Of a stretch of DNA of 64,000 nt, positions 61,214 to 64,000 are shown piece after piece. The position numbers and the translations under genes are program-made. Origin of the DNA: a virus (lineage: Duplodnaviria > Caudoviricetes); the IMG/VR virus record IMGVR_UViG_3300034420_000109, positions 1 to 64,000 of that record; one strand, written 5' to 3'. Numbering within the stretch: the first letter of the stretch is position 1; each line of letters starts with the position of its first letter. The notes beneath the pieces were generated by a model, which saw only the letters and a list, made by a program, of their open reading frames with translations, was not told the DNA's origin and did no database searches.

Positions 61214-61780
61214 TCAGCCATTGGAGGGATCCTCAAGAGTGCCCAGATCGGGAAGGATGGGAGGGATGCCGTCCGGGAAGGCCTCGCGGGCCAGGGCCTG
61301 GACCCCAGCCACGGAGAGCACCTCCCGGCCGTTGACGTTGTAGGACTGGGGCAGGCTCACGGGCTGCACCTTGAGGGAAGCGCCCAGGTGCTCCAATTCC
61401 TGACCCGCAGCCAGCGCCTCGGAAGCCTCCCAGTCGGGCAGCTTGTCGGAGAGCACGAAGCTGGAAACCATGCACTCGGGCTTGGAGCACCGCCAGAGAC
61501 GGCCGTTCTGCGACATGGGCCACGAGGGACGGCAGCACACCGGACAGAGCGGGCCGTTCGGTTCGTCCAGCACGGCCGGGCCAGAGTTCACCGCCGCGTC
61601 CCGGTGGCGCTTGAAGACGGCCAGGGCCTCACCGTAGGCCGCCAGCAGTGCCCGGTGGTCCTGCGCATACGACGAATCCTGGTGCTGCAGGAGAGACAGG
61701 CTGTGCCGGACCCGCCCAACGGCGCGCTCGAGGTCGCGGATCCGCTCGTTCAGAGAGGGGAGGAAGAGAGGGCCGGTCAT
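61214..61780 (-). CDS. Hypothetical protein (coiled coil plus Zn ribbon)
   Basis: CPVC...CSKPEC. Confidence 0.6.
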   Translation of the reverse strand: MTGPLFLPSLNERIRDLERAVGRVRHSLSLLQHQDSSYAQDHRALLAAYGEALAVFKRHRDAAVNSGPAVLDEPNGPLCPVCCRPSWPMSQNGRLWRCSKPECMVSSFVLSDKLPDWEASEALAAGQELEHLGASLKVQPVSLPQSYNVNGREVLSVAGVQALAREAFPDGIPPILPDLGTLEDPSNG

Positions 61781-61992
61781 GGCAGTTCCTCGACGGTGAC
61801 CCGGTAGCGGCGGCCGACAGTGGGAATGAAAGCCGGGACACCGGGAGGGTTGCGGAACCCCTTCTGGGGGAGTTCGACCGAGAAGCTGATGTCGTCGGTC
61901 CAGACCGAGACGATGCCCTTCAGACCGGCCGGAGCCTTGGCCTCAGCCTCGAAAGAGAAGGGGGGGCGACAGGGGGGAGGCTTGCGGGCCAT
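61777..61992 (-). CDS. Hypothetical protein (71 aa)
   Basis: MARKPPP...GRRYRVTVEELP; coupled. Confidence 0.55.
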   Translation of the reverse strand: MARKPPPCRPPFSFEAEAKAPAGLKGIVSVWTDDISFSVELPQKGFRNPPGVPAFIPTVGRRYRVTVEELP

Positions 61993-62411
61993 CAGACCTC
62001 CCGTGCCAACTCGGCGTCCACGGCCGCCAGGGTGGCCGCGAATCGCTGAACGACGGCATCCCGAACCGCCAAGAGGGCGTGCTTCCGGGAGTAGTAGAAG
62101 ACGCCGGGACCCTGAACCCAACAGGTGGCGCGCAGCCCCGTCGAATCGACGGACGTCGCGTGAGACGAGCACCCGCGCCGGAGCCCGGGGCCGACACAGG
62201 CGTGGACAGAACCACCGCAAGGCCCCCCGATGAGGGTCAAGACGTGGTAGGGGTTCGCCCACCAGATCCCGCCGTGAACCGTGCTCCCACCGGCATTGTC
62301 CAAGGGGACCTGCGGGGGGACATGGAGGGTGAGGTCACGCAGAGCGGTCGCCTGGGCCAGCCGGGCCCGGAGATCCGCAACATCGGCAAGTTCCTTCTTC
62401 GACATGGCCAT
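61992..62411 (-). CDS. Hypothetical protein (139 aa)
   Basis: GCAAAGGAGG RBS; first gene after the 62434-62462 promoter. Confidence 0.65.
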   Translation of the reverse strand: MAMSKKELADVADLRARLAQATALRDLTLHVPPQVPLDNAGGSTVHGGIWWANPYHVLTLIGGPCGGSVHACVGPGLRRGCSSHATSVDSTGLRATCWVQGPGVFYYSRKHALLAVRDAVVQRFAATLAAVDAELAREV

Positions 62412-62433
62412 AAGGGCCTCCTTTGCAGGGGTG

Positions 62434-62462
62434 AATTTAGGAACATTTTCGACCCCGTGCAA
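62434..62462 (-). promoter_or_regulatory. Sigma70-type promoter
   Basis: TTGCAC-N17-TAAATT. Confidence 0.6.
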
Positions 62463-62652
62463 GTTCTTTCTTTTTGAGGGGGAGCGCGAGGGAGGGAATC
62501 GGATTAAACTGTGGGCCCCGACAAACCCAGGAGTAGCGCGATGATTCGAGCGTTTCAGGCACCAGGCGACACCAGGTGGCACAAGAAAGGGGCGGGCGAG
62601 GGGTTGAAAAAAGATCGAAACCGGCGAAGCTGATCCCTGCAAAGGAGGGACC

Positions 62653-64000
62653 GTGGACCGCACCCAAGCGATCCGCGCAATCAGGGACGCCGCCGATCTG
62701 CCAGCACTGTGCCAGGAGACGATCAAGCTCCGGAAACAAGGCACGGGATGGATGGGTGGCCCCTGCCCCGCACACGGCGGGGGATCGCGGACACCATGCA
62801 TCTCAGTCCAACCCGACAAGGGGACGTGGCACTGCTTCAGCTGCGGGGAGGGCGGGGATGCCTTCGACTGGCTCTCGACGGTCCACGGGATGGACTTCGA
62901 GACGGCCCTGGAGGAGATGAGCCGCCGGACGGGAATCGATCTACCCCCCCGAGAGCAGCGCCAGCAGGCCCCGGGGGAAGAACGCGCCGTCCAAGCCCTC
63001 CAGGCAGCCCAGGACTTCTACGAGGCCAGCCTGCACGAGAACTACGAGGCACGGGCCTACCTCGAGGAGCGCGGGATCACCTTCGCGGTCGCCCAGGAGG
63101 AGGGGATCGGATACGCCCCGGCCGGGTGGGACCCCACCATCCAGCACCTGCAGGGCGTCGGGTTCCGGCCGGACCTGCTCGAGGCGGCCGGGCTCGCATC
63201 CAGGAGCCAGCGGGGGACCATGATCGACTTCCTGCGCGACCGGATCACGGTGCCTATCCGGGACACCCGCGGCCGGGTGATCGCCTTCGGGGGCCGGGTG
63301 ATGCCAGGCGCCCCGCCGGATGCGCCCAAATACATGAACACAAAGGAAACCCCGCTCTTTCGGAAGTCCGACGTGGTGTTCCACCTGCACCGGGCGAAGG
63401 GCTTCCTGCGGGCCAGCGGGGCGGTTCTGGTGGAAGGCTACTTTGACGCGATCAGCCTATGCGCCCACGGGGTCCAGGAGGCGGTTGCCCCCCTGGGGAC
63501 CGCGCTCACGGAGGGCCACCTGCAGGCGCTGAGGCGGTGGACGAACCGGCTGACGCTCATCATGGACGGGGACGACGCGGGCCAGCTGGCGACCCACAAG
63601 GCGCTGAAGCTGGCCCTTCCCGCGGGGTTCGAGGTTCGGATCCTCACGCTTCCCATGGAGCACGACCCTGACACCTGGGCGCGAGAGATGGGGACCCGGA
63701 CGAAGACGGCCATCACGGCGGCGCCGGACTGGGCCACCTTCGCCCTGGACCGGGCCAAGGCAGGGAAGGACCTGCGCCGAATGGAGGACCGGCTGGCCGC
63801 AGCCCACGAGGTCGCGGAATGGATCTCATACCTTCCTGGGCCCAGACGCGAAGAGGTGGCGATGGCGGCAGCGATGGACCTCAAGGTGCCACCGCAAAGC
63901 CTGAAGCCAGCCGAGGCCACGAAGGGGGAACAGAGGGCGCCCAAGGCCCCAACGCGGCCCGTAACCCAACCGGACGACGCGGTGGGCGCGATGATCGCCA
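62653..64000 (+). CDS. dnaG: DnaG-type DNA primase (truncated by the window end; missing from the ORF track)
   Basis: CHC2-like CPAH...CFSC, FGGR, KY.NT.ET..F.K, TOPRIM VEGYFD...DGDDAG. Confidence 0.95.
   Translation, partial: MDRTQAIRAIRDAADLPALCQETIKLRKQGTGWMGGPCPAHGGGSRTPCISVQPDKGTWHCFSCGEGGDAFDWLSTVHGMDFETALEEMSRRTGIDLPPREQRQQAPGEERAVQALQAAQDFYEASLHENYEARAYLEERGITFAVAQEEGIGYAPAGWDPTIQHLQGVGFRPDLLEAAGLASRSQRGTMIDFLRDRITVPIRDTRGRVIAFGGRVMPGAPPDAPKYMNTKETPLFRKSDVVFHLHRAKGFLRASGAVLVEGYFDAISLCAHGVQEAVAPLGTALTEGHLQALRRWTNRLTLIMDGDDAGQLATHKALKLALPAGFEVRILTLPMEHDPDTWAREMGTRTKTAITAAPDWATFALDRAKAGKDLRRMEDRLAAAHEVAEWISYLPGPRREEVAMAAAMDLKVPPQSLKPAEATKGEQRAPKAPTRPVTQPDDAVGAMIA

Larger units (their letters stand above)
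1..64000. mobile_element. Fragment of a large GC-rich myovirus genome (or prophage interior)
   Basis: Capsid, protease, sheath, tube, baseplate, tape measure, lysis and phage replication genes throughout; no host housekeeping genes; terminase, portal and integrase are not in the window. Confidence 0.95.

Noticed and set aside
1-64000. Alternative genetic code
   Set aside because: Genes end with TAA, TAG and TGA at expected positions, and coding density is high under code 11.

Overview
The whole window is part of one large, very GC-rich tailed-phage (myovirus) genome. GC is roughly 68-70% by eye, and no host chromosomal genes, integrase, terminase or portal are visible. From left to right it holds: (1) 1-15.8 kb, minus-strand early/middle operons of translationally coupled small genes, with a DnaB helicase, a lambda-O-like initiator containing internal iterons, VRR-NUC, an RlpA-like protein, DUF932, DUF6011 and a Cas4-like/SSAP/RdgC recombination module; (2) 15.9-17.5 kb, a lysis cassette; (3) 18.3-42.6 kb, a contractile-tail and SPO1/Twort-like head module, with an opposite-strand fibre block (tailspike, tRNA-Arg 3' remnant, fibre ending in a Hint domain) and a tail chaperone with a probable +1 frameshift; (4) 42.8-57.0 kb, a cluster of very large polyvalent-type proteins (InPase, WGR, GNAT, His-rich repeats, SNF2 helicase) that share a K-A motif resembling the capsid maturation site and a repeated HVxxHxR module, plus a convergent HDAC-family deacetylase with its own near-consensus sigma70 promoter; (5) 57-64 kb, NinB, an atypical tRNA(CAU), an MmcB-like nuclease, a nucleotidyltransferase, an HNH and a DnaG primase cut off by the window end. 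The best candidates for new biology are the virion-associated GNAT with its small partner and phage deacetylase, protease-processed internal-head polyproteins, and the Hint-terminated tail fibre. All family calls come from motif recognition by eye; no database searches were run.
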